The notes beneath the pieces were generated by a model. That model did not search any database and had not been told where the DNA came from. It saw only the letters and a program-made list of their open reading frames with translations. Below are positions 28,301 to 38,283 of a stretch of DNA of 51,882 bases, one piece after another. The stretch comes from a virus (lineage: Duplodnaviria; Heunggongvirae; Uroviricota; Caudoviricetes), in IMG/VR virus record IMGVR_UViG_3300047393_000041, positions 64,001 through 115,882 of that record. One strand, 5' to 3'. The position numbers were made by a program, and so were the translations under genes. How positions within the stretch are numbered: the first letter of the stretch is position 1; each line of letters starts with the position of its first letter.

Positions 28301-30739
28301 TTAAAGATTGTCTAACCAGCCTCCTGGTTGTTTAGTATTGTAGTTTGTAAAGTTAGTTAGATTATCTAAGTTCTGCAAACCTTTTTGCTCTTGTCTTAAT
28401 CCGTTCTTAGCCATAGGAAACTCTGTTACCTTCTTTCCTTTGAACTTATAATTCTTTCCTGGTTTCATTAGTTTCGTATCTCCTGTATCAGATATACCAA
28501 GTACATCATAAGGAACTCCTTGCATTGTAATATCATTACTTCCTATTTCTGTTATCTCTCCTGGATGATCCCATTGTCCTCTATCATCTTTAATGACTCC
28601 TCCTTGTTTAAGTTGAGGAGACTCATTATTATTAATTTGAGAAGCAGCTCCGATAGTACCTACAGCTCCAGTAACAGCTGGAACATAGTTCATCATATAT
28701 CTAAACTTATTTCTATCATTTATTAAGTTAAAAAATTCAGGATCAACTTTTGATTTACCAGATATTCCTTTATCTATTATTTCATCAGCTCTTTCTGGTG
28801 TTAAATTTTCTCCAGGTTTTAAACCATGCTCATATCTTATTTCTGAAAGTCTTGCATTTATTTCTGTTGGATCTAATAAATAATCTGAAGTTTTTTCATA
28901 ACTACCACTATCTAATCTAGGTTTAAAATCTTTTAAATTAAATGGGGATTGTAACACATCTTCATATCCTGTAATAAAAGAATTACCATTCGTAAGACCA
29001 TGATTTCCTTCATGTATTGCTGTTGATGTAATCATGTCAGGATTTATATATTTATCAACTAAGTTTTGTCTTTTAGAAAGATTTTTATAAGGATCAAGAT
29101 ACCAACCTGAAACTCCATAGTTACCTTGATGTACTCTAGGGTTTCCATCTACAAAGTTATCAAGTTTATTTAAATTTGATTCAAATTCACTTCTATAATT
29201 TTTATTTTCTATATTTTTTAATAGTTGTTCTTCATTATATGACTTTGGACCATATCTACTAGAGGCTTCTGTTATTTTTTCTTTTGTTATTGGATGATTA
29301 TACCAATTATCCATCCACTGATTAGCTTTATCTAAACTTTTTTGTGCCTCAATATGATGTAATGGATTTATGATTTTAGGAAGTTTTTGTATAGAATTAT
29401 CAACTGCTTCTAATCTATTAAAAGTTTTATCAGTAAATATATTATTTTTTAAAAATTGTTTTGTTTTACGTCCAATACTACTTGCATTAGATAATATAGG
29501 TTGTTCTAATTTTGGAGCAATGCGTTCAGATATATCTCCTAACTTATTTCCTATATACTTTTCAGCTGAATGATAACCAGGAATTATATTAAGAGGATTA
29601 ATGAGATTATTAATAAACTGTGTATTTGATTTTGCTCCTATACCTTCTATTCCTCCTGTTAATAATGGAACACCTATACTTGTAACATAAGGCATATATG
29701 AATCTTCTTGTTGTGCTCTTAATGGAGCAGAACCTAAATCAGAAGCCATGTTACCAATCATCACTCCTGGATTCAACCATTCATCAACAAAATTATTTGG
29801 TTCATCAGGAAACATTCTAAACTTATCTCCTGTAGCTTGTGTTTCATCTGCAAGTTGTTGTCTCCAATTATCTTTTGTAAAAGATTTCTTTTGAGAAGCA
29901 GCACTTTTATTTAGTCTATCTTTTCTATCTTGTACAATAGCTTTATCTTTAGCTAGTTGGTTTGCTTTAACTTGATCTTTATATTCTTTAGTATCAAACC
30001 ATCTTCTAGAATCTTCAGATTGAGCTTCTTTATTTATAGATTGCTGTAGTGGTGTATTTGCTTTTTGATCTTTAGTAAATTTTTTAAAATCAAATTTAGA
30101 AGTCTTACTTCCATCTTGACTAATAGTCTTAGGTTTCCAATCTAATCCTTGTTGGTAGTATTGCATTTCTTTACCATTCTGTGCAGAAGCATCTGTAACA
30201 TCAGTTTGGTTTCTACGTGGCCCTTTACTAGGAGATCCATGTCTAGCATACATATGTCCTACAGCTCCTGGCATTACTCCTCCCATTTGAAATTCTTTCT
30301 GAGGAAACATTATATTTTCTCCTTTCTCAACTGCTGGATGTCTAGTTTCATTTTCCCATTTATCAGCTTCTTGCCATGTTTTAAATGGACCACCTAAATG
30401 TTCACCTGTTTTTCTAAATTCTCCCATTGGGTCATTTAATGGTTTACCATATTTAAAACTAGGAATTAAATAAGATGGTTCTCCATCTTCTCCACCTATA
30501 GACATAGCTCTTTCACTGCTAGGATCAGAATATGGAATTCTATATTCTTTTGGTAGTTTATCACTAGTTGGTTGTAAGAACTTAAGTTTACCTCCAGTTT
30601 GAAACTGTCCTCCCCATGCAGGAGAACTATTTCTACCTACATTGCTATATCCATCTCCTTGAAATCCTTCAGGAGCATGTGTTTGATAATCATTATAATT
30701 ATCATCTTTACCGAAATTGTCTAACCATCCTTTAGCCAT
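28301..30739 (-). CDS. Virion cargo protein with an internal HExxH zincin-like domain
   Basis: 812 aa. TAIHEGNHGLT at 29000-29014, later EINARLSEIR; GG motifs; GWLDN at both termini. Confidence 0.55.
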   Translation of the reverse strand: MAKGWLDNFGKDDNYNDYQTHAPEGFQGDGYSNVGRNSSPAWGGQFQTGGKLKFLQPTSDKLPKEYRIPYSDPSSERAMSIGGEDGEPSYLIPSFKYGKPLNDPMGEFRKTGEHLGGPFKTWQEADKWENETRHPAVEKGENIMFPQKEFQMGGVMPGAVGHMYARHGSPSKGPRRNQTDVTDASAQNGKEMQYYQQGLDWKPKTISQDGSKTSKFDFKKFTKDQKANTPLQQSINKEAQSEDSRRWFDTKEYKDQVKANQLAKDKAIVQDRKDRLNKSAASQKKSFTKDNWRQQLADETQATGDKFRMFPDEPNNFVDEWLNPGVMIGNMASDLGSAPLRAQQEDSYMPYVTSIGVPLLTGGIEGIGAKSNTQFINNLINPLNIIPGYHSAEKYIGNKLGDISERIAPKLEQPILSNASSIGRKTKQFLKNNIFTDKTFNRLEAVDNSIQKLPKIINPLHHIEAQKSLDKANQWMDNWYNHPITKEKITEASSRYGPKSYNEEQLLKNIENKNYRSEFESNLNKLDNFVDGNPRVHQGNYGVSGWYLDPYKNLSKRQNLVDKYINPDMITSTAIHEGNHGLTNGNSFITGYEDVLQSPFNLKDFKPRLDSGSYEKTSDYLLDPTEINARLSEIRYEHGLKPGENLTPERADEIIDKGISGKSKVDPEFFNLINDRNKFRYMMNYVPAVTGAVGTIGAASQINNNESPQLKQGGVIKDDRGQWDHPGEITEIGSNDITMQGVPYDVLGISDTGDTKLMKPGKNYKFKGKKVTEFPMAKNGLRQEQKGLQNLDNLTNFTNYNTKQPGGWLDNL

Positions 30740-31605
30740 TACTTATATGATATTTGTGCAGGAGTTAATATGAATTGGCTCACTAGGTGAACGTTTGATT
30801 GATTGTCGAGTATATGTCTCACTTTTAATTCTTTTGCTCTTAGAGGAGCTTTTTTGAAACTACGTGTATCATAATTCATATTCTCTTGGTTGATCACTTT
30901 ATCAATAGAAAGACTCTGACATCCAGTGTTAAACAATGGAATTTGAGAAGATTTTTGAAGAGCCCAGAATGTATTGTACTGATAGAAGTTATCACTCTTG
31001 GTATATAGAATTGTTTTACTATCTGTATTGAATATTGGGTATTGCATATACGCATGCATGTTGTTTAATGGTTTTGCCACTAAGTTTAATACACCAGAAC
31101 TCTGTTGTCCATTATATAGAACAGCTTTGTTAAACCATTTATCATTTGTTTCTATTCTTGTGTTATCATTAAACACACCATCTCGTATAGGAATATATTC
31201 ATATGCTTTTGTATAATCTTGTACATTCTGAAGAATCTCATCTTGATATTGATATGCAAAAGGATACTCGATAATGTATGGTTTTATATTTCCATAATAA
31301 GAATTGTATAATTCAATATTTGTTAAGTGTCTCCATATACATCCTGTTATAGTTTGTGTTAATTTGATATTATAATATTCGTCTCTAGTAATATCATGTA
31401 ATGATATAGTCTTTTCAGATTTACAATCTCCTGTAGATTTTAATGTAACCATAGTTACATTATCGTTTACAGTATAACTTATTCCTAATATAAGAGTTTT
31501 TTTAGAAACACCTTCTGCTATCACATTCCCAAACTGATCAAAGATTGAGAATGGTCCAGCAGTAGGTCCTACTTGTGTTAACTTTATTGTTATTACTTTT
31601 GACAT
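30739..31605 (-). CDS. C-terminal part of the muzzle/tail stabilisation protein, fused to N-terminal module A
   Basis: First ~70 aa match the N-termini of 40420, 41099 and 43097. The remainder (IWRHLTN...YYGNIKPYIIEYPF...LKVRHILDN) resembles the muzzle C-terminus (from memory). Confidence 0.6.
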   Translation of the reverse strand: MSKVITIKLTQVGPTAGPFSIFDQFGNVIAEGVSKKTLILGISYTVNDNVTMVTLKSTGDCKSEKTISLHDITRDEYYNIKLTQTITGCIWRHLTNIELYNSYYGNIKPYIIEYPFAYQYQDEILQNVQDYTKAYEYIPIRDGVFNDNTRIETNDKWFNKAVLYNGQQSSGVLNLVAKPLNNMHAYMQYPIFNTDSKTILYTKSDNFYQYNTFWALQKSSQIPLFNTGCQSLSIDKVINQENMNYDTRSFKKAPLRAKELKVRHILDNQSNVHLVSQFILTPAQISYK

Positions 31606-31614
31606 ATTAGTTTA

Positions 31615-34600
31615 TTAACAAGGTCCATTATTAATTAATGTTACTTCAGGAGGTGTAACTACACTTCCACTTCGTGCACAGAATGTTTGAGTTGAAGGTC
31701 CTCCACCAGAGTTACCAATATTTACAGTTTGGGTAACTCCTGAACAATCAGTATAACTCACTGTTACAACTCCCACTGTTGTTTTACTTATTGTATATGA
31801 GAAACAAGCTATTGTTGTAGTTGTTGTTGTTGTTGCAGGATTACAGTTAACTATTTCAGTTATTACACCATCTACAACATTAAATATATTTCCACTAGAA
31901 AGTGATTCACTTGTAAAATACCAACCATTAGATACAGTTGAACAATCTGTAGATTCACCATTGTATACAGTTTCACCAATATTCAAACTTTCGACTTGAA
32001 TAATAATACTATTTATAGATATTGTAATAGGCATAACACTTTTAATATAAGTTATGGCAGAACATGCATCTAATTGACTTCCTGTAGAAATTACTGTTGA
32101 AGGAGGAGATATTATATTGTATCCTGTAGCAAAACTAGTTGTTGTTAAATTTGTTGGTCTCACGCAAGGTTCAATTACAACTACACCAGTTCCTGCTAAT
32201 ATACAATCTGTTAATGTAACTTGTCCTGCAAGTGCACAATCAATTACATGAGATTCTCCATCTAATCTACAATCTAAAATTATAGTGGTGGTAGTACTTG
32301 TAGTTGGTGGTGTAGGAACTAATGTTCCAGCAACAAAATCAAAATCATCACAACATCCATTTACTCCTGAATAGAAGAAGTTATTTTCAGCTATGTACCA
32401 GTTAGGAATATAACTATGAAAGCTTATCCAAGTTTTAGTGTTCATGTTAAATGAAAGAGTCCAAGATTTATTACAAAAATAATCTGAATCTTTTAAATCA
32501 ACAACTGTGGTTAATATTGAATCACCAACTAATTCTTCTATGTAAAATTCCTTAGTTGTAGAATTATATTTAACATTATTAGTTAGCGGAATATAATCAA
32601 GTTTAGTAATAATTACTCTATCAAATTTACTATCATACACTGCATGTAAACCTACACCATTAAAATGATTATCAGTATCAACTGTTGGAAAATATCTTAA
32701 TATTTCAAATGCTAAATGGTCTGTGAAGAATCTATTCATTCCAGAACCAAATGCAGATAAGTCTTGAGCTTGTGTACCTGCAATGAGAAATACTTGTCCT
32801 CTTTTAGCATCAATTGTTATTTGTCCATTTGGAATCTTCAATAACATTTTATTTTGACTTCCTACATATCCAAGATCTGTTTCAGCAAAATCTATTGGAG
32901 GAGCTCCTTTAAATAACATTGGATTACCAACATAAGCTGCTTGCGGATTACTTGTATCAATGGTAAGTAAGTTATTGTACATTAATGTCTTATTCTCAAA
33001 TCTAGCAAGTATAGCTCTATTTTGAATACCATCTAATGATATTAAGTTTCCATAGTTTTGAGGAAAATCAAAATATGAAACTGCTCTATATGTTAACCAA
33101 CTGTTCACTCTATTATCAGCATCTGTATTCTGTGTATCAGAATAGATTGCTCTAAATGGATAATGTGTATAGCAAGCTTTTCCATCCCAGTCAGGAGGAA
33201 GATGTGTAAATGTATTTTCTTTATTTTGTTTAGAGAATGTTACATTATATGTATATGTATTATCATTAGCTATACTAACAAAATCTTCCTGTAACCAATC
33301 ATCAGGAATACCTGTTGATACATGTGGCCAGAAATCACCTTCTCTATTATTAAATGCTTGTCTAAGATCTGTATTATAAGAACTCTCACAATAGAAGTTA
33401 GGAACACCATATGCAAATAAATAAAAATATCCATCATAGAATGTTCTTTGAGATCCTGCATTAGGAGGAGGATATAAAGTTGGATCATTAGGACAATCAA
33501 ATTCATGGGCTTTATATGATATAATATTAGAAAGTAATCCTGATCCATTATTTGCATAATCTGATAATATAGATCTAGCAGAATGCCAGTATTTTGGATA
33601 AGCTATATTACCAATCTCATCATAAAATACATCACTATCATCTGGAGCATTAACTCTATTATCAATAAAGAATGGAAGTTTAGTTTTAAATGCAAATCTA
33701 CTTATAAATGTATCTCCGCCAAATATTGTAGAGCTTCCTGTAGTTTTAGTATTTTTTTGAAATCCTGTATCAATAGTAACATAAGAATATATTTGTCCCC
33801 ATTGATTAACAAAAGTATTTTTCAATGATGCGTAATATGAAACAACACTAATAGCTTGTTCGTTAGCAGGTGTTGCACAAGCACTGCTGTCACCTATAGT
33901 AAATCTGGATACATCAGTTACTCCTAACGCAGCCATGTTGACACTAGAACTAGGGAAAGGTAATGCTGTTTTTGATTCATCTGTTTTTAAATAAACAGAA
34001 GATTCTCTTTGATAATTATTTATATTAAAATCATCACCTACATTTTGTACTCCAGGAATTAAGTATCTAGATAGATCTATATATCGCTGTTTGATACCAA
34101 TATTATTAGGTATAGATGTATTATAATCATAACTAGCTGTAGAGTTAAATGATTGTGCATAGTTTCTTCTTGTTATACCATTTATATATATTTGTAGATA
34201 TGCTTGATATGTTGTAAACATAGCAGTAGCATTAAATTGACTTGTAATAGCTCCTAATCTACTAGAACTATCTAATGCATCTTCTTGTGCTTCTTTTGAA
34301 AGTAATCTATATTTAGCATTACTTCTGACTTGTACAAAATGCGCAGATCCTTTACCAAACATTACATTCTCCAGTTTAAGAGTATCTCCTAAAAATGGTT
34401 GACCAAATGATGTTTCAGGTGAATTAAATATTTGTCTATAACTATTATTAAATTGAGGCAAAGGACTTTCTACTCCACATGCATCAACTCTTACGGGATC
34501 TCTTTCATCAATTCCAGTATCATCACCACAATATTCTATACATTCAGGTTTAGGTGAACCTGGTTCAGTGTAAACAATATATTCAGTATATCCACTATCC

Positions 34601-36819
34601 CAGTTATTTGAACCTTGTAAATACACTTGTGTGAGTGCACCTTGAGTTCTATCTGTAAATTGAGCTCGCCATCCTTCACATGGATCAAAAAATCCTGGAC
34701 AATCACGATATAAATACCATACATCATAATTAGAATATGATATACATCCTACATTAGATGATAACATTACAGGTCCAGTGTTAGTTTGTTTTATTTGATT
34801 AAATGGTCCATTACCTAAGAATGTAGGTTTGTTTATTGAACACCAATCAAATACACCTAAACTCTCAAAGTTATGAGTAGCTAATTTATTAGTATTAGGA
34901 TCTATATATTGAATAGCTGTATATGGAGGTTTTCCTACTGGAAATTCATTAAATTTAAATATATTAATTTCAAAAGGTTGAGATTCTTTTGCCCAAGCAT
35001 TATTGGTTGTATTTAAAAAAGGATCTGCATTTAAATCATTATATGGATAGTTAGGAAAATAAAAAGATTGTTCTTCTCTTTTATATTTATTTACATTACG
35101 AAGAATTCCTTTACCTACAATAGATTTATTTGTTGCTCTATCTCCTCTTAGTATTTTAAATCCTACTATAGCAGCTTTTTGTTCATCTGTAAGAGACGAA
35201 CTTCGAATTAAAGTATTTACTTGAGTAATATCTATTTTTACTCCTATAGGAAATACATTATTATTTTGAAAAGATAATCCTGTAAGAGGATCATAACCTA
35301 TAACTGGTTTTGTTATAGGAGATACTAATACATCTGGAAATTTATGATGTCTAATCTTTTGTCCAGCAAGATCTCCCCATACATTAGTATTGCATGGATA
35401 TTCTTCTGTAGATTCCCAATATGCAAATTTACCATAGTTGTAAGCAGTGGCATTACCAATGTTAGTTGTTGCATCTACAGGAGATGTATTAATTACAGAA
35501 GCAGTGTTGTAAATTTCCCAATAAGGAGCACTTGTTCCTTCACCAATGAAATCTTGATTTGTATTAGGAACACTAACTAAATCACTACTTATTGCTTCTC
35601 TACTTGGTATATGAAAACCATCTGTTTGTTTTCCATTTCTAAGTAGGAATGCAATTTCAAAAGCATACACTTCATCACGAAGATAACCTCTTAAGTTAGT
35701 TGCGTTTAATTCATCTGAATAGTTTTCAGTTGGTGGTAATTTATATGTTTCCCAAAGTAAAGTTATACCTGTTGCTATCTCTTGATAATTAATTCTATCA
35801 ATAGATACTAAACCATCCCATATAAGAACATCTTGTGCTGTAGTTAAATCTTCAGCTATATCATAATATGGAAACTTTTCAAATATATCATTAATAGATA
35901 ATCTTATGGCAGTAACATCTTGTCCTGTATATGTAACTTGTTTAGTTACATTATCAATAAAATATGTACCAACTAATTCTACAGAACTAACTGCATTTAT
36001 TGTTTTAATAACTGCTAAGTTAAAATATGTATATTCTCCTGTTGTATCTAAATTAGAAACATCAACAACAATTGACTTACCTACATTATAATTATAATTT
36101 ACCGTTGTAATACTAATATCTGCAATTGGTGTAGGGTTTGTAATAGAATAATATGATGTATATGGATTACCAGAAGCATCTGCATATTGAACAGCAAATT
36201 GATATGTACCAGCAATTAATGCTCCTCCAGTTGTAATGTCTACAACTGAAAGATCTGGAATATTAAAATTAGGTTGTATTTTTAATTGATTACAATCTAC
36301 TTCTGTAGTGTATGTAGGATTGCAAAGATCTGAGCCAGGAGTTAATGTATAAGGAATATTTTCAATATCTAAATATCTTCTTGGATTATATCCATCTGTC
36401 CAATATATTTCAGTTTTACAATTAGCTATCTTATGTACAACTTTATGTATTGGATTATCAATATTAAAATTAAGACATGCTGAATTAATTAATGTATGAT
36501 ATATACAATCATTATTATCCATATAACCTATCTCACATGAACCATCATTAGGATTAGTAAGAAAGAATATATGTTTACTTTTTTCGTTGATAAAATGCTC
36601 TCCTATTAATACATAGTTTTTTGGAAAAGATAAACAAAGTTCATTTCCTTGTTCATTCTGATAATTAACAGATGATGAATCAAAGTTTTCTAAAGCAGCA
36701 TTTAAAGCGTAAGTCAATGTACCTGGTTTAATTTGGTTCAAAGTTTGATCCATATTTAAACCAATAGATGCATTATTATATTCTGCCTTGATATTTCCTT
36801 GTGGTTGTTCTTCAGCCAT
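31615..36819 (-). CDS. Muzzle / tail stabilisation protein (P22 gp10-like), N-terminal main part
   Basis: 1734 aa. GLNMD...YALNA N-terminus, YLRDEVYAFEI, IRHHKFPD, WTLSFNMNTKTWISFHSYIP; syntenic after the ring gene. The last ~250 aa are accessory modules. Confidence 0.75.
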   Translation of the reverse strand: MAEEQPQGNIKAEYNNASIGLNMDQTLNQIKPGTLTYALNAALENFDSSSVNYQNEQGNELCLSFPKNYVLIGEHFINEKSKHIFFLTNPNDGSCEIGYMDNNDCIYHTLINSACLNFNIDNPIHKVVHKIANCKTEIYWTDGYNPRRYLDIENIPYTLTPGSDLCNPTYTTEVDCNQLKIQPNFNIPDLSVVDITTGGALIAGTYQFAVQYADASGNPYTSYYSITNPTPIADISITTVNYNYNVGKSIVVDVSNLDTTGEYTYFNLAVIKTINAVSSVELVGTYFIDNVTKQVTYTGQDVTAIRLSINDIFEKFPYYDIAEDLTTAQDVLIWDGLVSIDRINYQEIATGITLLWETYKLPPTENYSDELNATNLRGYLRDEVYAFEIAFLLRNGKQTDGFHIPSREAISSDLVSVPNTNQDFIGEGTSAPYWEIYNTASVINTSPVDATTNIGNATAYNYGKFAYWESTEEYPCNTNVWGDLAGQKIRHHKFPDVLVSPITKPVIGYDPLTGLSFQNNNVFPIGVKIDITQVNTLIRSSSLTDEQKAAIVGFKILRGDRATNKSIVGKGILRNVNKYKREEQSFYFPNYPYNDLNADPFLNTTNNAWAKESQPFEINIFKFNEFPVGKPPYTAIQYIDPNTNKLATHNFESLGVFDWCSINKPTFLGNGPFNQIKQTNTGPVMLSSNVGCISYSNYDVWYLYRDCPGFFDPCEGWRAQFTDRTQGALTQVYLQGSNNWDSGYTEYIVYTEPGSPKPECIEYCGDDTGIDERDPVRVDACGVESPLPQFNNSYRQIFNSPETSFGQPFLGDTLKLENVMFGKGSAHFVQVRSNAKYRLLSKEAQEDALDSSSRLGAITSQFNATAMFTTYQAYLQIYINGITRRNYAQSFNSTASYDYNTSIPNNIGIKQRYIDLSRYLIPGVQNVGDDFNINNYQRESSVYLKTDESKTALPFPSSSVNMAALGVTDVSRFTIGDSSACATPANEQAISVVSYYASLKNTFVNQWGQIYSYVTIDTGFQKNTKTTGSSTIFGGDTFISRFAFKTKLPFFIDNRVNAPDDSDVFYDEIGNIAYPKYWHSARSILSDYANNGSGLLSNIISYKAHEFDCPNDPTLYPPPNAGSQRTFYDGYFYLFAYGVPNFYCESSYNTDLRQAFNNREGDFWPHVSTGIPDDWLQEDFVSIANDNTYTYNVTFSKQNKENTFTHLPPDWDGKACYTHYPFRAIYSDTQNTDADNRVNSWLTYRAVSYFDFPQNYGNLISLDGIQNRAILARFENKTLMYNNLLTIDTSNPQAAYVGNPMLFKGAPPIDFAETDLGYVGSQNKMLLKIPNGQITIDAKRGQVFLIAGTQAQDLSAFGSGMNRFFTDHLAFEILRYFPTVDTDNHFNGVGLHAVYDSKFDRVIITKLDYIPLTNNVKYNSTTKEFYIEELVGDSILTTVVDLKDSDYFCNKSWTLSFNMNTKTWISFHSYIPNWYIAENNFFYSGVNGCCDDFDFVAGTLVPTPPTTSTTTTIILDCRLDGESHVIDCALAGQVTLTDCILAGTGVVVIEPCVRPTNLTTTSFATGYNIISPPSTVISTGSQLDACSAITYIKSVMPITISINSIIIQVESLNIGETVYNGESTDCSTVSNGWYFTSESLSSGNIFNVVDGVITEIVNCNPATTTTTTTIACFSYTISKTTVGVVTVSYTDCSGVTQTVNIGNSGGGPSTQTFCARSGSVVTPPEVTLINNGPC

Positions 36820-36827
36820 GATGTATA

Positions 36828-37796
36828 TTAATTATTTCTACGTCTTCCATATCTACTAGTAGGAAGTTCATACATATTAAATCTATTCAAATCATTTTTA
36901 ATCCTTTGTTGTTTTTCCCAAGGAGTTTGTTTTTTGATTTCAATACTAGCCATAATAAAAGCTTCTTCATATGCTTGTTTATGATATAATAACTTTTGTT
37001 GTAACTGATTAAAAGTTTCATCATTAGTTTGATTAGTAAGCATTTCAAATACTTTAAACTTAAGGAATGCTTCTACATATTCTCTTATACGATAATTATC
37101 AGGAATCATTTGATTTCCTATTTCATCATACTCTGTAGCATAAAATATTAAATGTACTACACCTTTTCTAAAGTTAGTTACAAACTTGTTATCTCGTATA
37201 TCAAATGAATCAATACTTGCAGATCCAGGTGTAAAGTTACGATCAGGTAAAGGTTGGGAATAAGTTTCCCAATTATCTGTATATCCTACTCCACAGTTAT
37301 GTCTTGCAGATATATTTCCAGGCTTAAGTAAATAACTATGATTAAATCCTCTAGTCACACTATTGTTTGTTTTATACACAGCTTGTACTAAAACAGGCAT
37401 ACATGTACCATCACATTGTGGAGTTTGACAACCAACATTAGTACAAGGAGTTCCACCAATAGTTAATGGAGCTATTTGTATAGTAGTTGCTGTAGCAGCT
37501 TGTGAATAAAATGAGTTAGCTGATTGATAAGGATAAGCTGCTACTTCTGTAGTCATCCAAGCTTCTCTAACAGCATAAAAGTTATCAGGAAGTCTTGCTT
37601 GAAAATCTTCAACAAAAAGAACTTCATCAGTAATTACATAAGTAGTTCTTCCTAACTTTTTTAAAGCTTTGTCTAAATAAGTAGGGAATAACAAATCATC
37701 TACAGCACCTGTATCGAAATAACTTTTAAGTTCTTCCTTAACGGTTGAGTAGATAGGTTCTGGGCTTATAAAAGCATATTTATAATAGTAGCTCAT
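36828..37796 (-). CDS. Tail ring/adaptor (tubular) protein
   Basis: 322 aa; FQARLPDNFYAVREA and QMIPDNYRIREYVEAFLK; lies between the IHF-like gene and the muzzle, as in crAss-like genomes. Confidence 0.6.
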   Translation of the reverse strand: MSYYYKYAFISPEPIYSTVKEELKSYFDTGAVDDLLFPTYLDKALKKLGRTTYVITDEVLFVEDFQARLPDNFYAVREAWMTTEVAAYPYQSANSFYSQAATATTIQIAPLTIGGTPCTNVGCQTPQCDGTCMPVLVQAVYKTNNSVTRGFNHSYLLKPGNISARHNCGVGYTDNWETYSQPLPDRNFTPGSASIDSFDIRDNKFVTNFRKGVVHLIFYATEYDEIGNQMIPDNYRIREYVEAFLKFKVFEMLTNQTNDETFNQLQQKLLYHKQAYEEAFIMASIEIKKQTPWEKQQRIKNDLNRFNMYELPTSRYGRRRNN

Positions 37797-37803
37797 AATT
37801 TAT

Positions 37804-38283
37804 TTAGTGTTTCCATTCTCGATATATATGTTGATATTTATCGTTGGTTTTTAAATAGTGTGATAGTAGTCTTGATGTAAGTCTGGAAGGTTTGAAGTAC
37901 CAAAGTCCAGAGTTCTTAAAACGTGCTGTGGGTTTAAACCACATCCAACCAAAGAAATAACCTTCTGTGTGATAATTAAAATTATATATCACCTTTCCTT
38001 TCTCTTTAGTTTTTTGCCAATCAATTGGTAAGTTTATAAATTCTTTTCCATCAGCAACTGTAATCTTTCTTCGTTTCTTTTTATTGATAGAGAATTCTCC
38101 AAATCCATAAGGTAGTTTTGCTTTTTCTCCTGTCTCTAAAATATATTCTTTAAATAATTCATTATGTGTGTAGATTATATTTCTCCATTCATCAAATGTA
38201 AGTTTGATAGAAGGATAACTTTTACAGAAATGATTATAGTTATCTTTACTAGAAGATCGCCAATCTACATGCACTCGACTCAT
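37804..38283 (-). CDS. IHF/HU-like protein of the crAss-like tail module
   Basis: 159 aa, basic; AKLPYGFGEFSINKKKRRK resembles the HU/IHF beta-arm; conserved synteny. Confidence 0.65.
   Translation of the reverse strand: MSRVHVDWRSSSKDNYNHFCKSYPSIKLTFDEWRNIIYTHNELFKEYILETGEKAKLPYGFGEFSINKKKRRKITVADGKEFINLPIDWQKTKEKGKVIYNFNYHTEGYFFGWMWFKPTARFKNSGLWYFKPSRLTSRLLSHYLKTNDKYQHIYREWKH

Noticed and set aside
31603-31617. Readthrough joining the two muzzle ORFs, which are in the same frame
   Set aside because: Two consecutive TAA codons (TAA TAA ACT AAT ATG) make readthrough implausible; reinitiation is simpler.
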